Both the position numbers and the translations under genes were made by a program. A stretch of DNA of 63,833 nt, counting the filler, from Octopus bimaculoides (taxonomy: Eukaryota): assembly GCF_001194135.2 (NCBI RefSeq). It is 8 parts of 8 records of this genome, joined end to end, with 100 filler letters (N's around TTAATTAATTAA, not from the genome) between each part and the next. Parts side by side here need not be neighbours in the genome. Positions count along the whole stretch, not along the records: positions 33,664 to 52,217 come from NC_069006.1; positions 52,318 to 58,242 come from NC_068987.1; 6 more parts are not named here. One strand, 5' to 3'. The notes beneath the pieces were generated by a model. That model was not told the origin of the DNA, ran no database searches, and saw nothing but the letters and a program-made list of their open reading frames with translations. Below are positions 40,616 through 54,304 of the stretch, in pieces (position 1 is the stretch's first letter; every line of letters starts with the position of its first letter).

Positions 40616-40983
40616 TTCAACACATATCGCATTGCGCGCATTTATGCGTGCGTGTGTGTGTAAGAGAGAGAGAGAGAGAGAGAGAGAGTGTGTATGTATG
40701 TGTGTGTGTGTGTATGTGTGTCGGTAATCTGTAATGATGTAATGTGATATTATATAATATAATATATTATAAAGTGGGTATTGACCGCCATTGCAAACTT
40801 TGCGTTGTTATTTGTTCGATGATATTCCTGGCTCCACCACCGCCGCCCTCCACCCACAATTCTATCATTGCTCGAATCTTGTTATGCGCCATGTTCGATA
40901 TGGTCTCCGTGTGCATGTGTGCGCGCGTGTGCGTATATATAAGTATGAATGTATGTATATGTATGTGTATACATATCTCTCCC

Positions 40984-41026
<43 letters not shown>

Positions 41027-41117
41027 GTATATATTCGCGTATATACAGATACATTATATATAGACATGTATATACGCATATCTATATCTATATATATATA
41101 TGTGTGTGTATATATAC

Positions 41118-41165
<48 letters not shown>

Positions 41166-41485
41166 TATATGCACGCATATGCATGTATATACATATATAT
41201 TGTTGTATGCAGGCTTGTGTACATGCATTCTCATATTCGTAAAACATACTCTCCTCTTATACAAGTGTGTGTGTGTGCATGTATCTATGTATCTATATAT
41301 GTATGAATGTATGTTTCCTATATTTCCTGTCATTCACGTGTACAAAACGTCATCGCCAACAACCAAACCATAGACAATGGAACATTCTTTCCACTATACC
41401 CATCCATTCGGTCCCTGAACATTCAGCAGAATGGGAAATTGGGGCAATAATAGGGGATATTCCTCTTGATATTTTCAATGACAAT

Positions 41486-41518
<33 letters not shown>

Positions 41519-42881
41519 GAAATGAAAGAGCATCAGAGAGAAAGAGAAAGAAAGAAAAGATTAAGAGAAAGAGAAAGAAAAGAATAAGAGAAAGATAGGG
41601 ATAAATAGTAAAAGAAAAGAGACAAAGGGTAGAATTTTTATCAGTTTTCATCTATTTTCTTTGCTATCCTATGAACCAGACATCTACCCGAACACCACCC
41701 TCTTTCTACCCTGTCTTTTGAGCAGCATCTCTTTCATCACTCTTCGTGACCACCCCAGCTTGTGATCATGATGACTAGCCTCACCATCCATACTTTGGCC
41801 ATCGGTAAGTATTGACCATCATCAACTAACCAATACAGTCGGGACCTCATCATTAATTCCTTCACTACTGCCCACCCCACCCCACCGCCCGGCCACCCCA
41901 CTGCTGCCTTCCATTGATCGATATCTTCAAACCCGCTACTACCCGCTCACCNNNNNNNNNNNNNNNNNNNNNNNNNNNNNNNNNNNNNNNNNNNNNNNNN
42001 NNNNNNNNNNNNNNNNNNNNNNNNNNNNNNNNNNNNNNNNNNNNNNNNNNNNNNNNNNNNNNNNNNNNNNNNNNNNNNNNNNNNNNNNNNNNNNNNNCAC
42101 CAAACCAACTCTACCACCACCCGATTTTCTCCATCTTTAGATGACCACTACGTCATAACAAATATCATCACCGCCACCACCATACCACCACCACCACTAT
42201 CATCATCCTTCAATCCCACCACCCGCCACAACCTCACAACGACACTCCATAATACCACATCCACCACATCACATCCCCGTCAAATACCACCACCAGACCA
42301 CCACCACCAGACCACCACCACCAGACCACCACCACCAGACCACCACAACTCTCTGCTCTACCACCACCACCACCACCAAGGATTTCTGACCACTCACATC
42401 ATCTCTTCATCTTTTCACCTCTCACCTTTACTCCACCTCACACTCCCACCCACCAACAAAACACAGGCATTTGTCCACCTCGGAAATGTTAACCTTCATC
42501 GCTCTTCTTCTTCTTCGTTTCTTCTTCTTCTTCGTCTCTCCTTCTTCTTCTCTTCTTCCTCCTTTTCTCTCTCACATTAGTCTCAGTCTGCTTGTGTTAC
42601 GGTTTTATTAGACTAAAGGGAGAAAAGCAACTGGGGTAACCCCCCTCCCTTACTTGGGGAAATCAGCTTAATATATAACCACAACACCAACAACAAGAGG
42701 ATTTTTCTGAGCAAAAACCAAATTGTGCACCATTTTTATACATGAAAATATCTCTTTGTCACGTAACAACCGACGTCTTTGCCATTTTTTCTTTGTTTTT
42801 TTTTTGTTTTGTTTTGTTTTGTTTTGTTTTGCATTGTTGCTGCACTTTTAGTCATTGCTCATTTTTGCTTATTTCTTTATC

Positions 42882-42918
<37 letters not shown>

Positions 42919-44169
42919 TTAAGGTTGTTGTTGTTTATGTTGTTTTTCCTATTATTGTTGTTCTTTTGGGGTAGCGTTGTTCTTGTTTTCTCTTTGTTTT
43001 TCTCTTTTCTGCGTAGTTTTGTATTTTATTTTTCGTTTTTATATACGCTGTTTTTTTATTATTTTTGTTGTTCATATTTACAGTCGTCGCTGTTTTTCAT
43101 GCTTTTCTTGTCTCCCTTTAGTTTTCTCTGTTGTCTTTTATTCTTGTTATTTGTTATTTTAATCTTTTATTATTTGGCCTCATATTTGTTTTGCTTCTAG
43201 GGTCTTCCATCTTTTTTTGTTGTTGTTTTGTTTTAGTATTTGATTTCATGATGTTGTCGTTCTTGTACTTTAGGTGTCCATTTTTCATTTCTCTTAACTT
43301 TCAAATCCGACTGCCGTCACCCAGAGTGGCAACAGCAATAGCAGCAAGAGAATCACCCCTGCTAGCACCCCCCCCCNNNNNNNNNNNNNNNNNNNNNNNN
43401 NNNNNNNNNNNNNNNNNNNNNNNNNNNNNNNNNNNNNNNNNNNNNNNNNNNNNNNNNNNNNNNNNNNNNNNNNNNNNNNNNNNNNNNNNNNNNNNNNNNN
43501 NNNNNNNNNNNNNNNNNNNNNNNNNNNNNNNNNNNNNNNNNNNNNNNNNNNNNNNNNNNNNNNNNNNNNNNNNNNNNNNNNNNNNNNNNNNNNNNNNNNN
43601 NNNNNNNNNNNNNNNNNNNNNNNNNNNNNNNNNNNNNNNNNNNNNNNNNNNNNNNNNNNNNNNNNNNNNNNNNNNNNNNNNNNNNNNNNNNNNNNNNNNN
43701 NNNNNNNNNNNNNNNNNNNNNNNNNNNNNNNNNNNNNNNNNNNNNNNNNNNNNNNNNNNNNNNNNNNNNNNNNNNNNNNNNNNNNNNNNNNNNNNNNNNN
43801 NNNNNNNNNNNNNNNNNNNNNNNNNNNNNNNNNNNNNNNNNNNNNNNNNNNNNNNNNNNNNNNNNNNNNNNNNNNNNNNNNNNNNNNNNNNNNNNNNNNN
43901 NNNNNNNNNNNNNNNNNNNNNNNNNNNNNNNNNNNNNNNNNNNNNNNNNNNNNNNNNNNNNNNNNNNNNNNNNNNNNNNNNNNNNNNNNNNNNNNNNNNN
44001 NNNNNNNNNNNNNNNNNNNNNNNNNNNNNNNNNNNNNNNNNNNNNNNNNNNNNNNNNNNNNNNNNNNNNNNNNNNNNNNNNNNNNNNNNNNNNNNNNNNN
44101 NNNNNNNNNNNNNNNNNNNNNNNNNNNNNNNNNNNNNNNNNNNNNNNNNNNNNNNNNCATTACTATCTT

Positions 44170-44470
44170 ATTCTAGTGGACCCCATAGCCGTTGGATGTT
44201 TAAAAAATTATTTTATAGAAAATTCTTCCAAAATTCCTATTTGGTTTTTCACACATTAATTTGCGTAGGTCGAACTATGTAAAATGTTAAAGAGAAAAAC
44301 CTAGCGGTTTCTTGAAATACATACCAATACATACATCTGAAACAAATCTTTTTCAGGGGCCCTTAAAATACTATTGTGGATCCGCAATTTACTATTTTGT
44401 AGCATGATCCCCCAAAAATCTTATATGGACCCCCAGGGTCTACATTGATCCCGGTTTAGAATCACTAGGT
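44170..44470. mobile_element. Possible decayed hAT/Charlie-like MITE end
   Basis: ggaccccc...ggtttagaatcactag resembles the Charlie-type terminus ggaccc..ggttgagaaccactg; weak. Confidence 0.3.
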
Positions 44471-45244
44471 TAGAACAATGCCGAAGTCTTATATTTTTTA
44501 TGAGGTTTATCAAATCAGCTTCAAAATTCTAAAGGTCTTTTAGGCTAGAGATTGCATTTCCTTGATTCGAAGCATACTTTATTTGCAGATGTTCTTTCTG
44601 GTGGGCAAATTTTTGCAGAAGTGGGTTTTCTAGCGCATGTTAAATGAAACTTCCTCGGTGGTTTTTCAATGTTTTTCAATGGATGTAGAAGCGGTTGTCT
44701 TTTCGTCTTCAGTTTATTTATCCTACGTTTATGGTTAAAGCACAGCAAAAACAAGAACAATTGTACGAGGGCGTGGACAAAGAAAAGAAAGTAGCCCTGA
44801 ATACATTAAGTTTGAGTTGTCTATTTATGTGTGGGGGGTGAGAGAGAGACAGAAGAGAAAGAGACAAAGAGATAGATAGAGTACAATTAAACAACAATAC
44901 TGCTTCTGTTTCTCTTTCTCATATTATTTCTATTCTTCTCGTTTTTTTTTCTTTCTTCAGCGGATAATTCCCTTTTGTAATTTTCTTTCATTTTCCTTCC
45001 TTACTTCTATTCTGCTCGTCTTTGTTCTTTCTCCCTTCCTTTCTTTTTTCCATTTCTTTCTTTATTGTTTCTCTTTTCCTTTCCACTTTTCCATTTCTTT
45101 CTTTTTTTTCTGCTTTTCTTTGCTTCTCTCTCTTTCCTTTCTTTTTTGATCTTCCTTTCCGTATTTCTTTTTTTACTCTTCCTCCCTTCCTCCCTTCCTT
45201 CCTTTATTCCATCCACCCAACCATCCTCTCATTTCTTTCTTCCT

Positions 45245-45276
<32 letters not shown>

Positions 45277-46191
45277 AGATGTGTCTCTACTCCAGCAGTC
45301 CGAATCCTTTATGCCACTAAACACACAAACCCCCTGCTGTGGTATCTATAATATTTATATATCATTTTGTAGTTGTATTAATATTTTTATCAATGAATGC
45401 GTTTCTTTCTTCTCTTTTTTATTCGTTTATTTATTACAGTATTTTTTCTTCTTCCTTTCTGAATATCCCTTTTACAATGTGCTTTATGGCTTCAAAGGTT
45501 ACATTAAGTCTGAATGGGAAACCTCTTTGCTTGGCTTATGTTTAGTGGTCAGGCTAGGGTCAATATTTAAAGCCACATGAGTCTTTTATAAGTTCTATCT
45601 ATTTGTGTTGACCACATGGCATATAAAATACTTTTATCATCAATATCGTCAATATTATTATTATTATCAATATTTTTATTAACCATAAAAATTATTATCA
45701 ATATTATTACAAACATTATTATACACATAATTATTCTCAGTTGTAGTTGTTGTTGTTGCTCTTACTATTATTATTATTATTATTATTACGATCTTCATCG
45801 TCGTCATCATCTTCATCATAATTTTTCACTGCGTATGATGCAAACATGATTTTTTTTTTTTTATTTTTTTTTTTTATACAAGTCTCTTTTCGAAACTGGT
45901 ATTTTATTTGATGAAACAGTCTCTTCGTAAATACTCGCATGTAGTTAACTTCATAAAGTTTGAAACTACCCTTAGAGAGGCTAACAAACATAAAAATAAA
46001 GCTCGTGTTTCAGTTTTAGATAAATCGTATTTTTTGGTTTTGACTCTTTTGTTATTTCTTTTTTCCCCTCACTCAGGTCAGTAATAAAGAAAATGGCTAT
46101 GAAGGTTTCACGCATTGCGTACCAACCGAAAATAAAATTTAAAAAAAAAGCAGGATGATATTAACAACTGACAATGAAATTAGGAAACGGT

Positions 46192-46505
46192 CTTGATGGC
46201 TGCTACGCAAGGATGCAACGAATGGCCCTAAATGTTAAATGGTAGCAACACATGAGAAACAAATACATTTATGGAGACTTGCCGAAAAGTTAGCGAAAAG
46301 ATCAGGCGAAGACAAGACGGCTGTGATTATCTGGTCACTGTGTGTGCCACCCTGAACTGGAAGCATCCAAATTAGTCTCGTGGAACCCCCTTCATGGTGA
46401 CATTAGACGAGAAAAATGTCGCCACACTTAAATTGACGACTTGATTGCAGACTCTGGCCTGGAATGTATCGAGGTAGTGTGTTTATGAACCGAGAAGTGT
46501 GGTGG
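46192..46505 (+). mobile_element. RTE-clade LINE ORF C-terminal relic
   Basis: LDGCYARMQRMALNVKW*QHMRNKYIYGDLPK/VSEKIRRR.../SGHCVCHPELEASKLVSWNPLHGDIRR...IDDLIADSGLE...MNREVW, with frameshifts; typical RTE/RTEX C-terminus. Confidence 0.8.
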
Positions 46506-46520
46506 GTGGACTTTGTTACT

Positions 46521-47022
46521 GAGGCTATAGTAGAAGACACTTGCCAAAGGTGCCACGCAGTGGGACTGAACCCGGAACCATGTGGTTGGTTAGCAAGCTA
46601 ATTACCACACAGCCACAACTGCGCCTACATAATAATAATTCTTTTTATTCTTTTACTTGTTTCAGTCATTTGACTGCGGCCATGCTGGAGCACCGGCTTT
46701 AGTCGAGCAAATCGACCCCAGAGCTTATTCTTTGTAAGCCTAGTACTTTTTCTATCGTTCTCTTTTTGTCGAACCGCTAGGTTACAGGGACGTAAACACA
46801 CCAGCATCGGTTGTCAAGCGATTTTGGGAGTGACAAACACAGACACACAAACATATGCATATGTATATATATATATATATATATACATACACACACACAA
46901 CGGGCTTCTTCCAATTTCCGTCTACCAAATCTACTTTGGTCGGCCCGAGGCTATAGTAGAAGACATGTGCCCAAGGTACCACGCAGTGGAACTGAACTTA
47001 AAACCATGTGGTTGGTTAGCAA
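46521..47022 (-). mobile_element. Composite CORE/Nin SINE (46650-47022) plus a separate head fragment (46521-46628)
   Basis: Same diagnostic sequences as 35128-35602. Confidence 0.9.
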
Positions 47023-47219
47023 CCTTATGCTTAGTGGTCAGGCTAGGGTCAGTATTTAAAGCCACATGAGTCTTTTATAAGCTCTCTCTATTTGTGTTAA
47101 CCACATAGCATATAAAAAAACTTTTATCATCAGTTTTCTTTACATTTGTTTCTGTAAATCCCTAATCTCCTCGCTTTCGCATTTTCTGAATGATTTCTGC
47201 GGGTCTTCTGGTCACTGGT

Positions 47220-47425
47220 TGAATCGTTAAAACGCCGGACAAAATGGTTTGCAATATTTCTTCCGGCACCACCGTCTGAGTTCAAATTCCGCAAATGACG
47301 ACTTTACTTTCCACCATTTCGGGATTGACAGAATAAGTTCCAACTGAGCACTAGGGTCGATATTTATCGGAAAGTCCCCTCCCCCAAAAATTGCAGGCCT
47401 TGTGCTTAAAGTAGAGAGCATTATC
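47220..47425 (+). mobile_element. Nin/Deu-core SINE
   Basis: gaatcgttaaaacgccggacaaaatg...ctgagttcaaattccgc...gactttactttccaccatttcgggattgacagaataagttcca...caggccttgtgc. Confidence 0.8.
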
Positions 47426-47610
47426 GTCATCATCAGCATCATCCATATCATCATCATTGTTATAACTACTACTACTACTACTACTACTACGGAATAGGGA
47501 TTGTACTCCCCATGAAATGCCAGCCTAGAGGCAAAATATACTGGGCTTCGGTATGGTAATTATATTCTTCGATTTAGAGTTGCATTCACGCGCGCTCATA
47601 TATATATATG

Positions 47611-47668
<58 letters not shown>

Positions 47669-48017
47669 NNNNNNNNNNNNNNNNNNNNNNNNNNNNNNNN
47701 NNNNNNNNNNNNNNNNNNNNNNNNNNNNNNNNNNNNNNNNNNNNNNNNNNNNNNNNNNNNNNNNNNNNNNNNNNNNNNNNNNNNNNNNNNNNNNNNNNNN
47801 NNNNNNNNNNNNNNNNNNNNNNNNNNNNNNNNNNNNNNNNNNNNNNNNNNNNNNNNNNNNNNNNNNNNNNNNNNNNNNNNNNNNNNNNNNNNNNNNNNNN
47901 NNNNNNNNNNNNNNNNNNNNNNNNNNNNNNNNNNNNNNNNNNNNNNNNNNNNNNNNNNNNNNNNNNNNNNNNNNNNNNNNNNNNNNNNNNNNNNNNNNNN
48001 NNNNNNNNNNNNNNNNN

Positions 48018-48057
<40 letters not shown>

Positions 48058-48062
48058 ATCTA

Positions 48063-48103
<41 letters not shown>

Positions 48104-48160
48104 GTATATAGATATATATATGCATATATGTATGTATACATATGTATCTATGTACATATG

Positions 48161-48196
<36 letters not shown>

Positions 48197-48743
48197 CGTG
48201 TATGTGTGTAAAGCGTGGATTAGTTGCAGCTGGAGCACATTAGATCACTCACAGTTCATTTCTATTATGACTGGACAAGATTTAAAATATAAACAGCAAA
48301 AAGAGCAACACCAACATAAATACTTACACAAAATAAATAAATAAACAAATAAAGAAATAAAGAAATAAAGACTGAGGTGACCCGCTTCCTTCTTAGCTTA
48401 TACATAACTGGTCCGAGCAGACCAAACCAAGTCGAACGGAACGTAATCGAAAGGAGAAACGAAGCGCGACTCTGAAACCAAATAAGCTAGTGTTATGTCA
48501 AATTGGCTCCACCCCACCTCTCTTTCTCTCCCCGTTTCTCTTTCTCTCTGTCTGTCTTCCAATATGGCCGGCCAACTGGTCATTTTGGACATATTACTAC
48601 TTTTGCTATTCATTTCTAAGCTACAATGATGTAATGTGCAATGCACATGCATGCGCATTCAGAAACCTATTTATGGGACTTAGTGTTCGCACAGATACAC
48701 AAACACAAAAGTGACACAGGCCGTGTCAGTGTGTGCAGATGTA

Positions 48744-48796
<53 letters not shown>

Positions 48797-49540
48797 NNNN
48801 NNNNNNNNNNNNNNNNNNNNNNNNNNNNNNNNNNNNNNNNNNNNNNNNNNNNNNNNNNNNNNNNNNNNNNNNNNNNNNNNNNNNNNNNNNNNNNNNNNNN
48901 NNNNNNNNNNNNNNNNNNNNNNNNNNNNNNNNNNNNNNNNNNNNNNNNNNNNNNNNNNNNNNNNNNNNNNNNNNNNNNNNNNNNNNNNNNNNNNNNNNNN
49001 NNNNNNNNNNNNNNNNNNNNNNNNNNNNNNNNNNNNNNNNNNNNNNNNNNNNNNNNNNNNNNNNNNNNNNNNNNNNNNNNNNNNNNNNNNNNNNNNNNNN
49101 NNNNNNNNNNNNNNNNNNNNNNNNNNNNNNNNNNNNNNNNNNNNNNNNNNNNNNNNNNNNNNNNNNNNNNNNNNNNNNNNNNNNNNNNNNNNNNNNNNNN
49201 NNNNNNNNNNNNNNNNNNNNNNNNNNNNNNNNNNNNNNNNNNNNNNNNNNNNNNNNNNNNNNNNNNNNNNNNNNNNNNNNNNNNNNNNNNNNNNNNNNNN
49301 NNNNNNNNNNNNNNNNNNNNNNNNNNNNNNNNNNNNNNNNNNNNNNNNNNNNNNNNNNNNNNNNNNNNNNNNNNNNNNNNNNNNNNNNNNNNNNNNNNNN
49401 NNNNNNNNNNNNNNNNNNNNNNNNNNNNNNNNNNNNNNNNNNNNNNNNNNNNNNNNNNNNNNNNNNNNNNNNNNNNNNNNNNNNNNNNNNNNNNNNNNNN
49501 NNNNNNNNNNNNNNNNNNNNNNNNNNNNNNNNNNNNNNNN

Positions 49541-49720
49541 ACAGAGGGAGCAGTGGATAGAGAGAGAGAGAGAGAGAGAGTGCGTGACAGACACACAAAC
49601 AGAGACAGAGGGAGCAGTGGATAGAGAGAGAGATATATATATAGAGAGAGAGAGAGTGCGTGACAGACACACAAACAGAGACAGAGGGAGCAGTGGAAAG
49701 AGAGAGAGAGAGAGAGAGCC
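49541..49720. repeat. Minisatellite, about 3 copies of a ~65-70 bp unit (acagagggagcagtggata(ga)n gtgcgtgacagacacacaaacagag)
   Basis: Read directly; the array probably continues into the adjacent gap. Confidence 0.9.
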
Positions 49721-49859
49721 AGACAGATAGATAGATAGTTAGATAGACAGACAGACGGATAGATATGCATAAATGAGAGTAAGTAATAGAAACAGCTCCT
49801 TTGAATATCTGCACCTGACAAATTCCTCCGCAAGAGACATGTCTACGCCAGGCCTTTGT

Positions 49860-50045
49860 TGAATGCCCCAACACCTTTATTTCTGCATGCAAGTCTCCTT
49901 TCTGCATGACGCCCTTGCTGTTCAAGTCAGACCTATCGTTGAATACAACCTAGAGTCTGTGACAGCGCAAAGAACTGATTCCGAAAATTTTATTAATGCC
50001 ATTCTTCGGAGAACGAATAAAGATGTTAACATTCGTTCTTGGACC
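49860..50045 (+). mobile_element. Probable CR1/L2-type LINE reverse-transcriptase C-terminal relic
   Basis: SFLHDALAVQVRPIVEYNLESVTAQR resembles the conserved ...YVRPILEY....LESVQRR motif, with a deletion. Confidence 0.4.
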
Positions 50046-50049
50046 GTAA

Positions 50050-50125
<76 letters not shown>

Positions 50126-50126
50126 C

Positions 50127-50400
50127 TAGTTAATCCGAACATCGAACAGCCTGCACGTGAAATTAACCCGCAAGTAGCTGAGTATTCCACAGATACGCGA
50201 AATCTTAACACAGTTTTCAGGGAGATTCAGCGTGACAAAGATTGTGACAAAGCTGGCCCTTTGAATTTCTAGTACTACTCATTCTGGCCAGCTGAGTGGA
50301 TTGGGGCAATGTGAAATAAAGAGACTTGCTCAAGGACACAACGCGTCACATCCTTACGATTGTCAGCCAGAGACCCTAACCACTAAGCCATACTCCTTCG
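50127..50400 (-). mobile_element. SINE family C variant with CORE-like 5' part and tRNA-like head
   Basis: gaacagcctgcacgtgaaattaac...ggagattcagcgtgaca...gacttgctcaaggacacaacgc...accctaaccactaagcca. Confidence 0.8.
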
Positions 50401-50822
50401 CATATATATTTATATACATACATACATATATATACATATGTACATATACACACATATATGCAGATATGTGTAAATTAGCGGTGGTCTGCATTTGGGCAGA
50501 TCCTGTGTAGGTGAACCTTTTCCAGCGCTCTCTATACGACCTGGGGTGGGGCTGTAACCAACCCTGTGACCGTTTAGCGGCATTACTGGAACTTCAGCTG
50601 CTATGACCAGATGAGGGATGAATTCTGGGGAGGTTAGCCGTTGCCCTCTCCCGGCAGGTGGGATTTGAACTCAGGGCGTAGAGCGCAGGAAGATATATAT
50701 ACAGTACAGCATTTCTGTTGATGAGCAACGATTCTCCCACCGGGAATAGAACTCACAATCGCTAGATCGTATTTGCAACATACTAACCACTAGGCCACGC
50801 GTATATACAATGCTAAATATGC

Positions 50823-50889
<67 letters not shown>

Positions 50890-51682
50890 TATTAATATTT
50901 ATGTATATATTGATATACATATAGATAGATATGTATATAGATCTAGGTATATATATATATATATATATATATGCATGTATTAATCATCATAATTATCCTG
51001 GCAGTAATGAAAACCGTTCTTACATGTTGACAATGGTAATTATATACGCTAATGTTAATAATTATCGTAGTCACGATACAAGCTTAGGTAATTATGGTGA
51101 AGGCGCTGGCGGTGATGGGTGTGATCCAGGTGATGATGATGATGATGATGATTATTATTATTATTATTATTATTATGATTGTGGTCATGGTGGTCATGGT
51201 AGTGATGTTATGTTTGTGTTTGTGGTGGCCACTATCTTGTTGATGTTTTGATTGTGGCGTCGATAAGGAGAGATGCGGTTATGATGGTGCATTGTAAACT
51301 GAGCGAAATGTTAAGTGGAGTGTAACATTAAGATAATATGAAATAGCGATACAGCTAAGATGAAATAGCCATTACTAATTGAAAAAGAATTATCAAACAT
51401 ATCAATGGATTAAAGATTGTTTCTCATTAGACGATCAAATTACAGATAAGATTGCTCCCTTGGTGTGTTTGTGTATGTGTGTGCGTGTTTGTATGTGTAT
51501 GTATATGTGCGTGTGTATATATATATATTTATTCATCGTTGTATATTTATAAATGTATATGCATACAACTATATATGCTATAAGTGTATACATATATATA
51601 TGTATGTGCCTGTGTGTATATGTATACATGTATAATGTATTCATGTATCTGTATATATGGCGCATCTATCTATTCACTCCTT

Positions 51683-51731
<49 letters not shown>

Positions 51732-52043
51732 GTATGTATTGTATGTATGTATATATACATATGTTATGTGTGTATATGTATTTATGTATGTACGTACGTA
51801 TGTATGTATGTATGTATGTATGTATATATTTAATTTATGCATGATTTTATGTATATTTGCACACTCACGTCTGGGTGTGCACGTATGTCCGCATAATAAT
51901 CATAAAATATATGGATTGATACACCATAAATAAACTACAGCCTCCATATGTGTGCGCTTGTACGGGAGAGAAAGTGAGACCGAGCGGGTGTTCGTGAATA
52001 GCACCATAATTACATTTGTATAATTGTATAAATATACATTAGC

Positions 52044-52099
<56 letters not shown>

Positions 52100-52379
52100 G
52101 TATGTGTTTATGTATATGGGTGGCAGTCGGTGGGGGTAGGAAATGAAGATTCTTTATCAAGGGACCAATCGTTGAAGAAGACAAAGGGTCCAGTACTTTT
52201 TCGTTAGTTTGTTTTTGNNNNNNNNNNNNNNNNNNNNNNNNNNNNNNNNNNNNNNNNNNNNTTAATTAATTAANNNNNNNNNNNNNNNNNNNNNNNNNNN
52301 NNNNNNNNNNNNNNNNNGTGTGTATGTAAGGGGCTGGTGACCTTGACGTGTGGGAGTGTCCATGTGTAGATGTATGGAT

Positions 52380-52640
52380 GATGGTGTGGGTGCTGGAAAG
52401 TGGTCAGTGCTAGTATGTGCGAGGTGGTGTGATGTGGTGAGGTGTGGTGTGGTGGTGTGTGGTGTGGTATGGGTGCTGGGAAGTGGTCAATGCTAGTGTG
52501 TGCAGGGTGGTACGATGTAGTGTGGTGGTGTGGTGTGGTGATGTGTGGTGTTGTGGTGTGATGGTGTGATGTGATGGTGTGGTGATGAGTGGTATGTTGT
52601 GTGGTGTGGTGTGGTGTGGTGTGTGGTGTAGTGGTGTTGG
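52380..52640. repeat. (GTGGT)n-rich tract with a duplicated ~50-bp unit
   Basis: gggtgctgg.aagtggtca.tgctagt.tgtgc..ggtggt occurs twice. Confidence 0.85.
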
Positions 52641-52944
52641 GGTGTGGAGGATGTAAGGGTAGGGGGTGAGGGCGTGGGGGTATATATTATCTATCTGTCT
52701 ATATATATATAATAGATCCCGTTAAAATTTCTAACCACAAATGTTCAGATGTTCTATCAACTGGATTACTAGGTTCATTGCAAGTTGCTGAATATTCTAC
52801 AGACACGTGTACACTTAATGTAACTCTCAGACGGAATCAGTGTAACACAAAATGACAAGACTAGGACTTTAAATTAGGGGGAAAACCCATGCAACAGATT
52901 TCCATATATTTTCACTCCACATTATTCCACTAACATTCTTTTCA

Positions 52945-53090
52945 TTCTTTTACTTGCTTCAGTCATTTGACTGCGGCCATGCTGGAGTACTGCCTTTAGT
53001 CGAACAAATCGCCCCCAGGATTTATTCTTTGTAAGCTTAGAAGTTACGGGGACGTAAACATATCAACATCGGTTGTCAAGCGATGGTGGA
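52945..53090 (-). mobile_element. 3' half of the composite CORE/Nin SINE, internally deleted
   Basis: tttacttgcttcagtcatttgactgcggccatgctggag...aagttacggggacgtaaac...ggttgtcaagcgatg. Confidence 0.85.
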
Positions 53091-53100
53091 GGTGATACAT

Positions 53101-53196
<96 letters not shown>

Positions 53197-54020
53197 AATA
53201 ATATATATGTATATGCATATATACCTACATATATGTACATACCTACATATATATGGATTGAGTCGTGATTGTAGAAAATACCACATAGCTTATTAAAAAC
53301 AGTGTTGCAGTGTAAATTATATAAACGGAAAGATGCAGAGAGAGCGAAAAACACGGGAGTAAAACANNNNNNNNNNNNNNNNNNNNNNNNNNNNNNNNNN
53401 NNNNNNNNNNNNNNNNNNNNNNNNNNNNNNNNNNNNNNNNNNNNNNNNNNNNNNNNNNNNNNNNNNNNNNNNNNNNNNNNNNNNNNNNNNNNNNNNNNNN
53501 NNNNNNNNNNNNNNNNNNNNNNNNNNNNNNNNNNNNNNNNNNNNNNNNNNNNNNNNNNNNNNNNNNNNNNNNNNNNNNNNNNNNNNNNNNNNNNNNNNNN
53601 NNNNNNNNNNNNNNNNNNNNNNNNNNNNNNNNNNNNNNNNNNNNNNNNNNNNNNNNNNNNNNNNNNNNNNNNNNNNNNNNNNNNNNNNNNNNNNNNNNNN
53701 NNNNNNNNNNNNNNNNNNNNNNNNNNNNNNNNNNNNNNNNNNNNNNNNNNNNNNNNNNNNNNNNNNNNNNNNNNNNNNNNNNNNNNNNNNNNNNNNNNNN
53801 NNNNNNNNNNNNNNNNNNNNNNNNNNNNNNNNNNNNNNNNNNNNNNNNNNNNNNNNNNNNNNNNNNNNNNNNNNNNNNNNNNNNNNNNNNNNNNNNNNNN
53901 NNNNNNNNNNNNNNNNNNNNNNNNNNNNNNNNNNNNNNNNNNNNNNNNNNNNNNNNNNNNNNNNNNNNNNNNNNNNNNNNNNNNNNNNNNNNNNNNNNNN
54001 NNNNNNNNNNNNNNNNNNNN

Positions 54021-54304
54021 ACACCTAAAAAGCTCCACGAGGCTCCGGCAGGGGATGGTGGCGAACCCTGCTGTACTCTTTCACCACAACTTTCTCTCAC
54101 TCTTACTTCCTGTTTTTGTTGTGCCTGTAATTCAAAGGGTTAGCCTTGTCACACTGTGTCACGCTGAATATCCCCGAGAACTACGTTAAGGGTACACGTG
54201 TCTGTGGAGTGCTCAGCCACTTGTACGTTAATTTCACGAGCAGGCTGTTCTGTTGATCGGATCAACTGGAACCCTCGACGTCGTTAGCGATGGAGTGCCA
54301 GCAA
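54021..54304 (+). mobile_element. SINE family C, head lost in a gap
   Basis: Nearly identical to 20755-21055. Confidence 0.85.

Larger units (their letters stand above)
45535..47132 (+). repeat. ~108-bp direct repeat pair (45535-45642 and 47024-47132)
   Basis: cttatg.ttagtggtcaggctagggtca.tatttaaagccacatgagtcttttataag...cttttatcatca in both copies, with few mismatches. Confidence 0.9.
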
